IMG/VR virus record: IMGVR_UViG_3300037521_000114
Coordinates: 1-64,000 of that record
Source of the DNA: a virus
DNA length: 64,000 nucleotides
Strand: one strand, 5' to 3'
Of the stretch, positions 15,313 through 26,700 are shown one piece after another. The translations under genes and the position numbers were made by a program. The notes under the pieces were generated by a model. The model worked only from the letters and a program-made list of their open reading frames with translations. It had not been told where the DNA came from and did no database searches. Numbering within the stretch: the stretch's first letter is position 1; each line of letters starts with the position of its first letter.

Positions 15313-15539
15313 TGCGTAAGGTATTAACAGACTTATGGACGATAATAACAAACTCAGTAAGAGAAATGCACGATCCTCACCAAAAGGTCCTTTGGATGCT
15401 TGGGTTCGTTGTAGTTTCTTTCATCATCGTCCTGTCTCTAACCGCTTTAGTCTTTGGTTTCGTCGAAAATTTGATCGAGATTATTGGCAATACGATCACG
15501 CAAACCGTAATCGGAGAATTTCCTGAAGTAAATGAATAA
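15312..15539 (+). CDS. Small membrane protein
   Basis: Central hydrophobic helix; TAATG overlap with SPFH gene. Confidence 0.6.
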   Translation: MRKVLTDLWTIITNSVREMHDPHQKVLWMLGFVVVSFIIVLSLTALVFGFVENLIEIIGNTITQTVIGEFPEVNE

Positions 15540-15819
15540 CACTATCATAGAAGCATTAGGATTGAGGCATGACGAACTTCGAGAAGAGGTTGAAAACTAT
15601 ACTAACAATGTCGAAAATGCTCGTTATCAAATGAACCAGAGCAGAAGAGAGATAGCTGAGTACACGAAGTTTAAAGAGGAAGCAGAAGCCAAGCTGTCTG
15701 AAATTCGATTGGAGTTAGAAAAGATGGGAGAAATCTTCGACAATGAAGTTTGGAGAAATGTCGATAAGGTCTATGAGACACGTTGGGATTGCCGAACCGA
15801 GCAGCGTGAGGCTGCTTGA
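15532..15819 (+). CDS. Coiled-coil hypothetical protein
   Basis: Charged helical 95-aa ORF. Confidence 0.65.
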   Translation: MNNTIIEALGLRHDELREEVENYTNNVENARYQMNQSRREIAEYTKFKEEAEAKLSEIRLELEKMGEIFDNEVWRNVDKVYETRWDCRTEQREAA

Positions 15820-16064
15820 CGGAAATTCTGTACCTTTACTCTATGAGTTTAGAAGGAAAACGAGTAGGCTATGTCAAAGTGGTAGAGGCTACTGATAGTT
15901 ATGAAACATTTGTGACCAATGTCAATGCTGCAATTCAAGAAGCATTTGATTTAGGTATCGGAGTCTACGATATAAAATATGTCGTTGTAGAACTGAGAGC
16001 AGATGTTACTTACTCAGCACTACTGATGTTTGACGATCAGAGGAAGATAGACCCTCCTGATTAA
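15816..16064 (+). CDS. Hypothetical protein (start may be ATG at 15843)
   Basis: ORF fills the gap between neighbours. Confidence 0.55.
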   Translation: MTEILYLYSMSLEGKRVGYVKVVEATDSYETFVTNVNAAIQEAFDLGIGVYDIKYVVVELRADVTYSALLMFDDQRKIDPPD

Positions 16065-16077
16065 AAGTTGTATCTTT

Positions 16078-16542
16078 ATGACGTATATACATAAAAACTA
16101 TAGCGTTATGAAAACAACTCAAATTATGAAGGGAGTGCTGTTGTCACTTCTATTGCTATTGCCGTTTGGAATCTTGATCGCTCAGGCGATTGAGCCTCCT
16201 ACGGACGTAATTGATCTTGTGGTACGTTTTGACGTATTTATTGCGTCATTAGCTGGTTACGCAGCAGTTGCCATATTCCTTACCGGACTGATCAATGGTT
16301 GGTCTAAGATTACAAAGTCTTGGATGAAACAGGTTATCAGTTGGGTAGTTCCGGTTATCCTTGTAGTTGTCGTGAGCTTTTTACTTAAAGCTGGATTCCT
16401 TGCAGGAGAAAACTTTATTAAAGTCCTAATCTTTGGTCTTGGTGCAGGTCTGGTATCGAATGGTATATTCGATATATCCTTTGTCAATACATTCATAGGT
16501 TGGGTAGTTGAAAAAGTTGGAGGAGTAATTAAGAAAGAATAA
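16078..16542 (+). CDS. Multi-pass membrane protein (start may be 16108)
   Basis: Signal-like helix plus three or four hydrophobic segments; GLGAGLVSNGIFD motif. Confidence 0.7.
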   Translation: MTYIHKNYSVMKTTQIMKGVLLSLLLLLPFGILIAQAIEPPTDVIDLVVRFDVFIASLAGYAAVAIFLTGLINGWSKITKSWMKQVISWVVPVILVVVVSFLLKAGFLAGENFIKVLIFGLGAGLVSNGIFDISFVNTFIGWVVEKVGGVIKKE

Positions 16543-16563
16543 CACTAAGCCTAAAACTGAGAG

Positions 16564-16598
16564 AAGAGGGAGTCCGTAATGGATTCCCTCTTTTTTTT
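16564..16598. terminator. Intrinsic terminator at the convergence of the two gene blocks, probably bidirectional
   Basis: AAGAGGGAGTCC-gtaat-GGATTCCCTCTT followed by a T-run on +; CTTCTC follows the stem on -. Confidence 0.85.
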
Positions 16599-16626
16599 AC
16601 CCTGAAAAATTTTGACGACAGGGGAG

Positions 16627-19600
16627 TTATTTGCGGTAAACCTGTGAAGCAGCACTCTTGACCTTGTTATACTGATTAGGTCCAGGCACGAGTTTCAAAG
16701 CATCCCTTACTGCACGACTCTGATCCTTGTTAGGACCTGACTGAAGAATATCTTCTCCACCTGACAACAGTGTTCCAGCAGAATGTAGAGCTTCTACACC
16801 ATCAATAATAAGAGTGAAAGCAGGGATAGCATTTCTTGACAGACGTTCAAACTCCATCGGGTTAGTATAGAACCCAATGTCAGTCACAAGTCTTGAGAGC
16901 TGATTGATCAGGAAGTACCTTGCAGCACGAAGTTTTGGATCATCATCATCATCTAATCCTCTGAGAGCTAAGAAGGCTGCTGCGAGAGTCATGAGAATTA
17001 CAATCTCTGTCATGTTCTTACGCATATTCGCTGCATCTGTATCAGTAAACTTGTCAGAAATCAGACCGTCAAATCCAGTACTTCTCCATATCAATTTCTT
17101 GAGAATTTCAAGTGGTATGCTTGCAAGCCTTGCACCTTTCTCTCCAAGACTACCTGCATCTTCGAAGTAAGAAACATAACTTTGATAGCGTCCTTTACGA
17201 ATAAACTTCTTGCTTTCATCCTTTCGGTTAACAAGTTGATTGTCATCTACTACTCCACCGAAACGCTCCTGAAATCCCTGAAATGCCCATGTACGAAACT
17301 GACTAGCAGCACGACCAATAAACTTTCTCTTACCTGCGAGTGGAGTATCCGGATCATAGTTACCGTGATTCATCTTAACCACTTTGTCAATCCTCTGCTT
17401 CAACATGAACTGTTCATGATCAAGCTCCTCAGCTTTCTGCTTATCGGTAAGTTCCTTTCCTTCAAGACGTTTACTGACAAATTCCATTCCATCAGGAATA
17501 ATCAACTCGTTCTCCTCGATGCTAACTGCATCCCAAAAACTCATTTCTTTACCGTCAACAATAACCATAGTCTCAAGCATCATGGCAATCATTACAGGAG
17601 ATTGGTTCAGATATTCTGTACGAGACTGAATGTTGTACGGACCCATAAATTTTATTCTCTTACCTACTTTCTTAAACAGGGAAGCACTCTCACCCATTTT
17701 CCTGAGTTCATTCTTACTCTCCTTGAGTACATCGAAGTGATTCATCAGCACACGAACTTTCTTAGCTGTGTTGCTGATCTGATCCCAACCGTGGAAAGAG
17801 TTATTACGTGCAAGTGAATGGAGCGTGATAGCTGTTGCTCTACGGAAGTTCTTCATTGAGTAATTCCTACCGTCAGAACCTTCTATGACGTTGGAGATAA
17901 TACCGAAACCAATGTTGGAGAATCCTGCAAAGATGTTCCAACCCATTCCTTTCAGTTGAATGTATTGTAGAACTGCATCTCCATACTTGGACACTACTTT
18001 AACACCACCAAGAGCATCCTCCTGTTCTTTAATAGCAGCAGATCGAGCATCGTATTGAGCCTTAGTTATCAGATTGTTGTCCCTCATCTCTTCGAGCTGC
18101 TCTTTGCTACGATTGATAACAGCAAGTACCTCTTTTTCTTTGGAAGTAAAACTCTTCTTACTGGTTTTTCCTTCAGGTATATTGGAGGGATAACCCCAAT
18201 ATGCTACGTCAAGATAGTTCTCATACATTTCTTTAAGGAAACTCATGCCTTCCTTAGGACGAAGCAGGTCCTTAAACTTATTCAATAGAGGCTCATTAGC
18301 AACGTTTACCTGTTGTTCAAGGCTGTTGTTGATTACATCTGTTGCAAGTCGAATTTGGTCCTCTATTGCAGCTCTGTGGTGATAGGTGACTGCCATTGAA
18401 GCAAAGGCTTTCATGACACGTCCGAGATCAAAGGAACTTTCCAGTGCAATCTCATCAGTTATCTTCTCCCTCCACTGTCGTTTGAGTTCTTCAGGTGGAG
18501 CTTTCTTATTATTGAATATATAATTCTGAGACTCATGGAGAACATAGTTATCAATACGCTCCTTCTCATCACTGGTATATTTGAACTGATGTTCCTTACG
18601 TTGTTCTTCAGCACCAGTCTTTGATAAATCATCCATGCGGAGGTTCTTCTTCATCTGATCGTACACCTCAGTGAACCCTTCCTTTAAATTTCCACCTTCA
18701 AATATAGCTTCGATGATTTTCTTGTCGATAAGCGGAATACTGTTCATGTCCATAGCCTTTACCTTGTCATAAGGAAGGTAATTTCTCAAGTCCTTGAGCA
18801 TGTCCAGCATAAACTTGTGAAGCTCGTAATAGGATTCGTTATCATCTATCTGTTTGAAATTACTGTCGTAAGCATCATTTAATTTACCTGCACTATCTCT
18901 AAACTGAGCTTTCGGTACAACAGCTACGTACCGTCCGGTAGGAGTTGCACCAAGGGTATTTTCTGATCGCATAATAGTTGAGTAAGCAAAGGGAGAGTTG
19001 TTCAATTCCCACTGTACAATCTCATCTTCTGCACGACCCGGATCATTAGAGAGTCCTTCCCTAATAGATTGAGTTGTTGCTTCTCTGTCAATTTTATACT
19101 TCTCGACAAGTTTCTTGTTCAATTCGAGATAATCATTGAAACCTTTTTCACCAAGCAGAGCTTTCATCTTATCGGTTTCTCTCTTGATGTCATCCTGAGT
19201 AGGTGGATCAGCATCACTAAATCCTTCTTCCCAAAGAAGTACATGAGCATTAAAGAACTCAGTATTCTCCTGCATCCAATTGATATAGTCCCTGTTAGCT
19301 CTCTCTATAAAAAGCAGTTCCTTACTGGTCAAGTCTCGCTTTCTATTCATGTTGATGCTTGCTCGTCTTCGATCCTGCACATCTTTTTCTGTTTCCATGT
19401 AGTCGTAGGAAAAACGATGTACCAGATTCCCTGTATTCTTATCGCTATCGTTATTGAATTTTTGACGAAAGATGTTGAAGTTAGTCAGACCTGTTGCTTT
19501 GATTTTTGCATCAATCTCCTTACCCATTCCCTCAAGTTCAAGACGAGCAGCATTGTTAGCCTTCTTTACCCATGATGCAGTAGCCTGAAGGAGAATGTTA

Positions 19601-20730
19601 TTTATCTCAGAGATGTCAAGTAAATTCTTTGCAAAGAAATTCACATCCCTACGTGGAGCGTCAATATCAATATCCGTATCTTTCAAGTTCCGAAAAGTCC
19701 GTTGAGTTCTTTTAGTCAAAAGAATTTTACGTTGACGCACGAGTTCATTCTCGAACTCTATGGCTCTATCCCTCCACTGAACAAACTCATCAGTCATTTT
19801 CTTTAGAGTTTCATTGCGAACTTTATATTCACCTTCATCATAGAATATGTGCTCACCTGCTCCACCCTCAAAGTCACCTGCTTTCTTCCATGTATTGATC
19901 ATACGCTGTGCAAGATCAAGGTCTGCGGCAGAAGCAAGTAACCTCTGACCTTGTTTATTTCTGTTGAAAAGGATGCTCTCAATTTGAGTCAGGTCGTCCT
20001 CAGCATACACACCGATTGACGCAAGTTCTTTGAGTGTAGAAATATCTTTAATGTCCTGTTCAACATCATCAATCGCTAAACTAATATCACGGAGATGTTT
20101 AGAGTTTGCTATCTTAACCTTAGGGTCGGTCTCTGTTTCATTTGCTTTGATGAACTGACCTTTGTTTTTATATAAAGAGTTCAACTTCAGTCGCTTCTGT
20201 TGAATAAGAGGCTCAAATTTAGGACGACTTGTAAGTTCAGCTTCCTCTTTGGTTTGCTCCTCCATCACTTCCTGATCCACATCATTTGCATCAGGATACC
20301 TCGAAAGGTGATCGGTATCATCACTTGGATCATACACCTCTTCGTAGGTTTCCCCCTCAGGGAGACTTCGAGTGGTATCATGAGATTGCTTCCTGTCACG
20401 TTGCATTTTTGCCTGAGGACTCTTAGGTAAATAACTCACGTCGAGCTTAGCAGTATAGGTATTGTTAACACCAATGCGTTTGAACGTGACAAGGTGTGAA
20501 GTTCCATTTGCAAGATTGAAACGCTCAACGTTCTCTATGATAGTCATTATATCCGCAGGAATATAAGGAGATTTACCCATTCCAATCTGCTTCTTCAGAG
20601 TTTCCTGAGAGATAGCATTGGGAATAGTATAGTTATGAGCTATGTACGCACGATACGCTTCACGTTCTCCAACGTGAGCGATCATGGTTTTCCATTCCTT
20701 TATACTCTTATTCGGACATAATACTGCCAT
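16627..20730 (-). CDS. Large virion/ejection (cargo) protein downstream of the virion RNAP
   Basis: 1367 aa, helical; N-terminal CPNKSIKEWK; position after the vRNAP as in crAss-like phages. Confidence 0.7.
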   Translation of the reverse strand: MAVLCPNKSIKEWKTMIAHVGEREAYRAYIAHNYTIPNAISQETLKKQIGMGKSPYIPADIMTIIENVERFNLANGTSHLVTFKRIGVNNTYTAKLDVSYLPKSPQAKMQRDRKQSHDTTRSLPEGETYEEVYDPSDDTDHLSRYPDANDVDQEVMEEQTKEEAELTSRPKFEPLIQQKRLKLNSLYKNKGQFIKANETETDPKVKIANSKHLRDISLAIDDVEQDIKDISTLKELASIGVYAEDDLTQIESILFNRNKQGQRLLASAADLDLAQRMINTWKKAGDFEGGAGEHIFYDEGEYKVRNETLKKMTDEFVQWRDRAIEFENELVRQRKILLTKRTQRTFRNLKDTDIDIDAPRRDVNFFAKNLLDISEINNILLQATASWVKKANNAARLELEGMGKEIDAKIKATGLTNFNIFRQKFNNDSDKNTGNLVHRFSYDYMETEKDVQDRRRASINMNRKRDLTSKELLFIERANRDYINWMQENTEFFNAHVLLWEEGFSDADPPTQDDIKRETDKMKALLGEKGFNDYLELNKKLVEKYKIDREATTQSIREGLSNDPGRAEDEIVQWELNNSPFAYSTIMRSENTLGATPTGRYVAVVPKAQFRDSAGKLNDAYDSNFKQIDDNESYYELHKFMLDMLKDLRNYLPYDKVKAMDMNSIPLIDKKIIEAIFEGGNLKEGFTEVYDQMKKNLRMDDLSKTGAEEQRKEHQFKYTSDEKERIDNYVLHESQNYIFNNKKAPPEELKRQWREKITDEIALESSFDLGRVMKAFASMAVTYHHRAAIEDQIRLATDVINNSLEQQVNVANEPLLNKFKDLLRPKEGMSFLKEMYENYLDVAYWGYPSNIPEGKTSKKSFTSKEKEVLAVINRSKEQLEEMRDNNLITKAQYDARSAAIKEQEDALGGVKVVSKYGDAVLQYIQLKGMGWNIFAGFSNIGFGIISNVIEGSDGRNYSMKNFRRATAITLHSLARNNSFHGWDQISNTAKKVRVLMNHFDVLKESKNELRKMGESASLFKKVGKRIKFMGPYNIQSRTEYLNQSPVMIAMMLETMVIVDGKEMSFWDAVSIEENELIIPDGMEFVSKRLEGKELTDKQKAEELDHEQFMLKQRIDKVVKMNHGNYDPDTPLAGKRKFIGRAASQFRTWAFQGFQERFGGVVDDNQLVNRKDESKKFIRKGRYQSYVSYFEDAGSLGEKGARLASIPLEILKKLIWRSTGFDGLISDKFTDTDAANMRKNMTEIVILMTLAAAFLALRGLDDDDDPKLRAARYFLINQLSRLVTDIGFYTNPMEFERLSRNAIPAFTLIIDGVEALHSAGTLLSGGEDILQSGPNKDQSRAVRDALKLVPGPNQYNKVKSAASQVYRK

Positions 20731-20731
20731 A

Positions 20732-23700
20732 TCAACCTCCTTTACATTTCCTTATAAATGTATCAAGTTCTTTGTCAGATACAAAATCTTGTGGTACGAA
20801 CATCTCAGATTGTGAATCACTTTTCTTAATGTCTCCGAAGTTCACAGTCGCTACATCATCTACCATACTTGTTGCAGCATCTATACCCGGATCGTTTTCA
20901 GACTGATCAACCTGTGAAGCTGCAACACCTGCTACGTCATCTGTAGCATTAGGTTCAGCAGGAGCTTTCTTCAGCTCTTTCTTTTCCTCAGGTGTAACCT
21001 TATTCTCAGGTGGAGGTACGGGTACTGGTTTGTCTACGAAAGAGTTACCACCCTCAACGTCTTTTCGTGTATGGATAGTAAGAGTCTTCTTAGCAGCTAC
21101 CGCAATAGAGTATTTGTACTGGTTACGAAGGATGTTTGTCTTCAGTTTGAGAGCATCCTCAGTAGCATACACATTGTCAAACTTCATTCCACGAGACTTG
21201 TACACAGGTAATGCGTAACCATAACCAAGTTCAGCACTCGCTTCACCGTCACCTATCTTTACATCGACAGGAAGTATATTCTTTTTCTGGAAATCGTAGA
21301 ACTTGACGTATGCAATAGCTGTAGCTCTACCCTGAGCAGCCTTACCAATGTCAGAGAATAACTTTTGTCGTTGAGCAACATACTTGTCAAGATTTGCTTT
21401 ATCACGATTGATGATAAAAACTTCCTTACTTCTCAAGGCTCCACCTATCTCATATTGAACGGTGATAGTCTTACCCATGATCCCTGAGTTGTTTTCCACC
21501 TCAGGTTTAATACGCTTGATAGTATAGAAAACTCCTTCCTCTACGACAGTATCAGTAAGACCTTCCTGAAGTGTTTGGAGTCCTATCAGCTTCTCACCTA
21601 CAACAAAATCATTCTCAGCTCCGTCACCGTGGATCAGAGTCCTCATGTGATTATTAAGTTTCTCTGCATTTGCAGCAGAGGCAGCAAGTATAACAGTTGA
21701 GGTAAGCTCGTCAGACATGTCCATCGCTGCTTCCTGAAAGAAGGAATCCTCATCCTCCATATATATTACACCTTCCCCTTGATCATTCATAGCGTTCACA
21801 TACTTGAGTCCACCGGAAGACTTATTGAGGTTGGTACGAAGCGTCTTAGCAAAAGCTGCTATCGGATGAATCATCTCGTTACTCTTGCTCAGAGTGTAGG
21901 TATTTTCTACCTCGAACACCTTACTCCGAAACTCTTTGAACGGAGAAACCTGAGCAGGATCACCAATGAATAATACCTTGGTATTGGACTCCTTTGCTTT
22001 CTTTACAACGTGGTCATACACAGCCTTGTTGATAATCTGAGCTTGATCAACAACAACGACATCGTAGTTTCCTAATGATCCCTTTTTTGTAGCAGCTTTA
22101 CCTAATCTGTAAGCACTAATTGATCTGAGACCTTCATTTCTACGTAATCCGAATAGGTTATGGAAACTCTCACCTTGAACACCTGTGTCCTCTTCAAACT
22201 CTTGTGTAGAAGAGTCAAGCAGAGAGCTTACTGCTATATTGTCAGCACCGTATTCCTCTGCAAGTTTCTTAACAATTCCTACTCTCCCTGTGTCAGCAAA
22301 TGTACCAAGAGTAAAGATATTCTCTTCAGTCTTCATCCAATTACGGATAGCATTTACAGCACCAAGTTGATCTTCGGTAAAGGTAATTATCTTACCACCT
22401 TCGAGATGTACTTGATTCTCAGGAGTATGAATCTCACCCTGTAATGGTGTCCCTTTCTTGACACGGTCATAAGAACTGTAGTAGTGTCGTCCATCAATAT
22501 CAATCCAATCAGTAAGGTTTCCTACTGATTTCCTAGCTCTCAGGATTGCATTGTCTTCATTACGTAGAGTAAAGTTGTAGTTGGTCACAATCCCATCTGA
22601 CTCTTCTTGATAAGTCTCATTTCTCTCACCTGCTTTAGCAGTTTCTTCTGGTGAATTTTTAGGTGTAGTTGCCTCTGGTGCACTCGGAATCTCAGCGTTG
22701 TCACCGATAAGAGCGAACTGAATACTTGCAACTCTCGTCTTACCAAGCAGATACTCAGTGTTGTTCACGAACTGCTGCTTACCTGTTGCTCTACCTTCAC
22801 GAACGAAATAAGCATCACCCTCTGCACGTTCATGAATTTCAGAGATATTTACAGGTTCAATCTTGGTGATTCTTGCCATCACAGTACGACCTTGTTCATC
22901 AGCGATATATATCACCTCTCCCTCAGTATAGTAAGGCTTCTTGGTCTTCTTATTGTAGGTAAGTTCCCGTGTAGTCTGAGTCTTCTCACCTGAGAGAACC
23001 TTATCAAACTGTCCAGCAAATTTCATTGTCATTACCTTACCATCATTGTCATTACTGACAATCAGATCAAGAGTAGCGTTGATTGATTTCTCAAGAATAC
23101 TTCCTTTCACAATATCAAATCCCATAGCGTCGAGGAGCTGTTGTAACTTCTCTTTCAGGACTGCCCAAAAGGTTCTTACATCATCACCTGCTGGAATCTC
23201 ATTCAGAAGTTGCTGGAACTCAGGGTTAGTCAGAGCCATTGAAATGAACTCCTTGACATCATCCAGACCATAGTAAGTATCAATCTCAGCCTTGCTGAAT
23301 TTCTGAGCAGAAGGTTTGTCTGAACGTCCTTCTCTGTTTTTCTTTTTAAGCTCATCCAGTTTCTTAGTAAAGAGATCATACTTTGCTTTATGAACAGGGT
23401 CTTTAAGAATAGCTGTCCTTGCTCTACCCATCAGGATATTAAGAGACTGCATAGCAGCGAGTTCGCTTCGTGGTCCACCTACAATCCAAGTGAAATCAGG
23501 ATTCTTTTTTGTAATCTCATCATACGTTGCTCTCCCTGATTCAGTCTTACTATTACGGTGCTTGTAAACCAGAGCTTTATATCCAGTAAGACCATGAATC
23601 AATTCGTGCATGAATACACGCTCCATCTTATCTCTTGAAAGATTCTCAATCTTTTTCATAAAGAGCGTCATGGTATGAGGATCATCTGGTTGACCTTTCT

Positions 23701-26700
23701 CTTCAAGATACCTCCATGTACCTGCTGCCTCGGATTCTCCATTAGAGAGCTTCATAACTGTCTTCGGTGGAAGCTGATCCACATTTTCAAGCAAGGTAGA
23801 TGCAAGAACCCTGTTGTAAGGGTTGTTCGTTTTCAGAACAATATCATTCAGAATAGCTTTTGCCTTCTCACGACCAGCAGTAAAAGTCTCAGCAGGTTGT
23901 GTCTTAGCAATAATACTTGATAAGGTATCTTCCTGATCAACCTTTGGTGGTTTAGTACCAAAAGTGTCAAGCTCATGGTTAAGTTGAGCGACAGGAATGT
24001 CATCATTTGCAACAACATCTGTCCCATCTTCTACTGAGACATCAGTGATACCACTTGTGGGAGTAACTCCTGCTGGTTCTACCTCTGGTGGTGAATCTGT
24101 CTCTGCTGGTTCAGGTTTGACAGGAGCAACTGGAACTTTGTTCAGCTTGATCTGACTCCCTTGTGTCTGACCGAGGTCCATAGCAATATTATACTCTGCT
24201 ACACCGAGTACTCCAAGAACATCTATCTGCTCATAGATAGCATCGACAGCATTGAACTTGAATAACATAGAGTTTTTCTTGTTCGCCTTTGAGTACATTC
24301 TCAGGTACGGAGGTGGATCTTTTTTCTCCTTGTTTTGGATACCAAGTCTCTTTAATCCTATGGCGTTCAGCTTGAAAGTACGAGTCTTCTTGTTTACTTT
24401 ACCACCTTGTATATCATTAGAGTTTGCACTCCTTACTTCTTTCGGATGATGCTGGAAGTATTGCTCGACAAAGGGAGAGTTAGCATATATATCATCTCTG
24501 GAACCTTGGAAATAAGCAGGATTCATGGTCTCAAGATTCATCGAAGTAGTCCTGTACCTACTGAGTGTCTTTGCGAAAGGCATTGTTGCGAGATATGCAG
24601 CAGGGATATACTTCACGAACTGTACTGCTTCCTGAATACCACCTGTGACATAGGAGTAGGTTACAAGGTCTTGAGCAAGTTCCCTTAGCGTGTAGTCTTC
24701 ACCTTTAAATTTACCGATGATAGGAGACTTACCTTTACGTTTACCACTCCTTACAGTTTGCTTGATTGCATTGACAAAAGCATTGTAGATATAGGTTTCA
24801 TCCTGACGATCAGCAGTAGATGCCCTGTACTCAATAGTAGAAGGCTCACCGTTGGTCTTGTACTTGATGTCAAGTAGTTGTATCAGAGCATTGGTTCTAC
24901 CAATCTTTGATTCCTTGATTTTACCAAGTGCAGTAGCAAGAGATTCCTGATTGAGAACAGGTCGTCTGATTTCAATACGCTTACCTTTATCATCAAATGC
25001 AATCTCCTTCTCAAACTTATCGTACAGGAGCCTGTCACGCTGTTCCTGAATAGTACCTTCATACAGTCCGAGAGTAGTATCACTATACATGAAAGACTTT
25101 AATTGTCTCCATATCTGACTTCTCCGGTCTGCTTTTGCAGTAGCACCAAACTCATCTGATCTGTCAGTGGACATACCCTCGACACGATCTATCAGAGATT
25201 TGATTGCATCATCTTGATAAGGGAAGTACTTACTCCACAGCTCATTATTAGTAAACAATCCGTATGTTGTAGCGAAACCGTTGATAGTCTTAGGTTTAAC
25301 CTTGTACCATTGGTTCCCAAATTTACGAGCAAACCATCCATCTTTTCTGAGTCCTTCAATAGTCTCACCTTGCTCAACCTTGTCGATCTCTCCGATTAAC
25401 GAGAACGCACGTTTTATAGGAGACTCCATCAGTTCGAAGACAGCTTCTTCTTTCATCTGAGATTCCATGACAGTTTTACCAACACCTTTACTGTCAGTAT
25501 TGATAGCAGACTGAACACTTTGGAGACTTCTTCCGTATCCGTCAAGCTCAATGAACTTGTCAAGTATATCGTTCTGAGCAACCTTGTAGTTAGGCTCAAG
25601 AGGTCCTCTTGCAATCCATCCACTCATGTTATCAACATCAAGCGAGTCACCACCATATACATAGGTAGATGAGTCTCGTTCTTCCTTAGTTGTCTTGTAC
25701 TGAGGCTTGTTCATTACTATCCTGTAGGCTTCTAACTCACGATTACCATAGAAGTCACTGGTCATACTGCTGAGCTTTTCAAGCTCCCTGATATAATCAA
25801 TGATGATGTCTTGAGATAGGAAGTAGGGTACTTCATCTGAGAAACCAAGCTGATTCAGAATCTTTGTAACCTTAAAGGTTCTGCTATTCACATGAATCTT
25901 ATCAAGAATCTGTTCCTTCTCGTTGTCAACAGAAGCAGACTGATAACCAGAAATAACTTCTGATAGATAATATTTTTGATCAATGGTACGTTCTTCTGAG
26001 AGTAAACCATTCGATTCCAATCCTCCGAAGTTGACATAGATAGGTTCATCTTCAACGGTCAGAACAAGGTCTTTCCCTTGAGCCACAGCGTTAAACATAC
26101 TATCCTGAGAGAAAGCTCCTGTACCTGCAAGACCTGCGGTAGCATTTTTAAACTTCCTACGTTGATAAGTGTCTGATAACCCTGTGAATAACGTGTTCCT
26201 TGCCGGTTGAATAACGTCTAAACGTGGTGCTATTCCTGAATGATACACAGTAAATGTTGCACCAATGTATTGCAGGAACTCTATGAACTGAGTATCCACA
26301 TTAGGCATATCACCTACGACAAAGGTTGCTCCTTTTTCATGAGCTTCTTGTATCGTTTTGATTGTTAGATCACTAAGACCTGTCCTATTAGTCTCACCAT
26401 TTCGAGCAAGCATTACTATATCACCCTTTTGAATGTCATCTACATTCGAGAGCATCACACTGTTACCTGCCATATCCTCCTCACCGGGAACTTCTATTGC
26501 AGGTTTAGTTTTTGTTTTGTTTGCAATCTGCTTTCCTGAGGTGAAGGTGGAAGAATCATAATTTCCGGGAGATAATTCACCGACAAAGACAGTAGCTACT
26601 TTACGCATTGCTCTGTCTTTCATGTCACCTTTAGGAGTTCCTCGTCCGGTTGCATCATGACCACCATCAAAGCTGATAACAGGTTCAGTTACTCTGGTCA

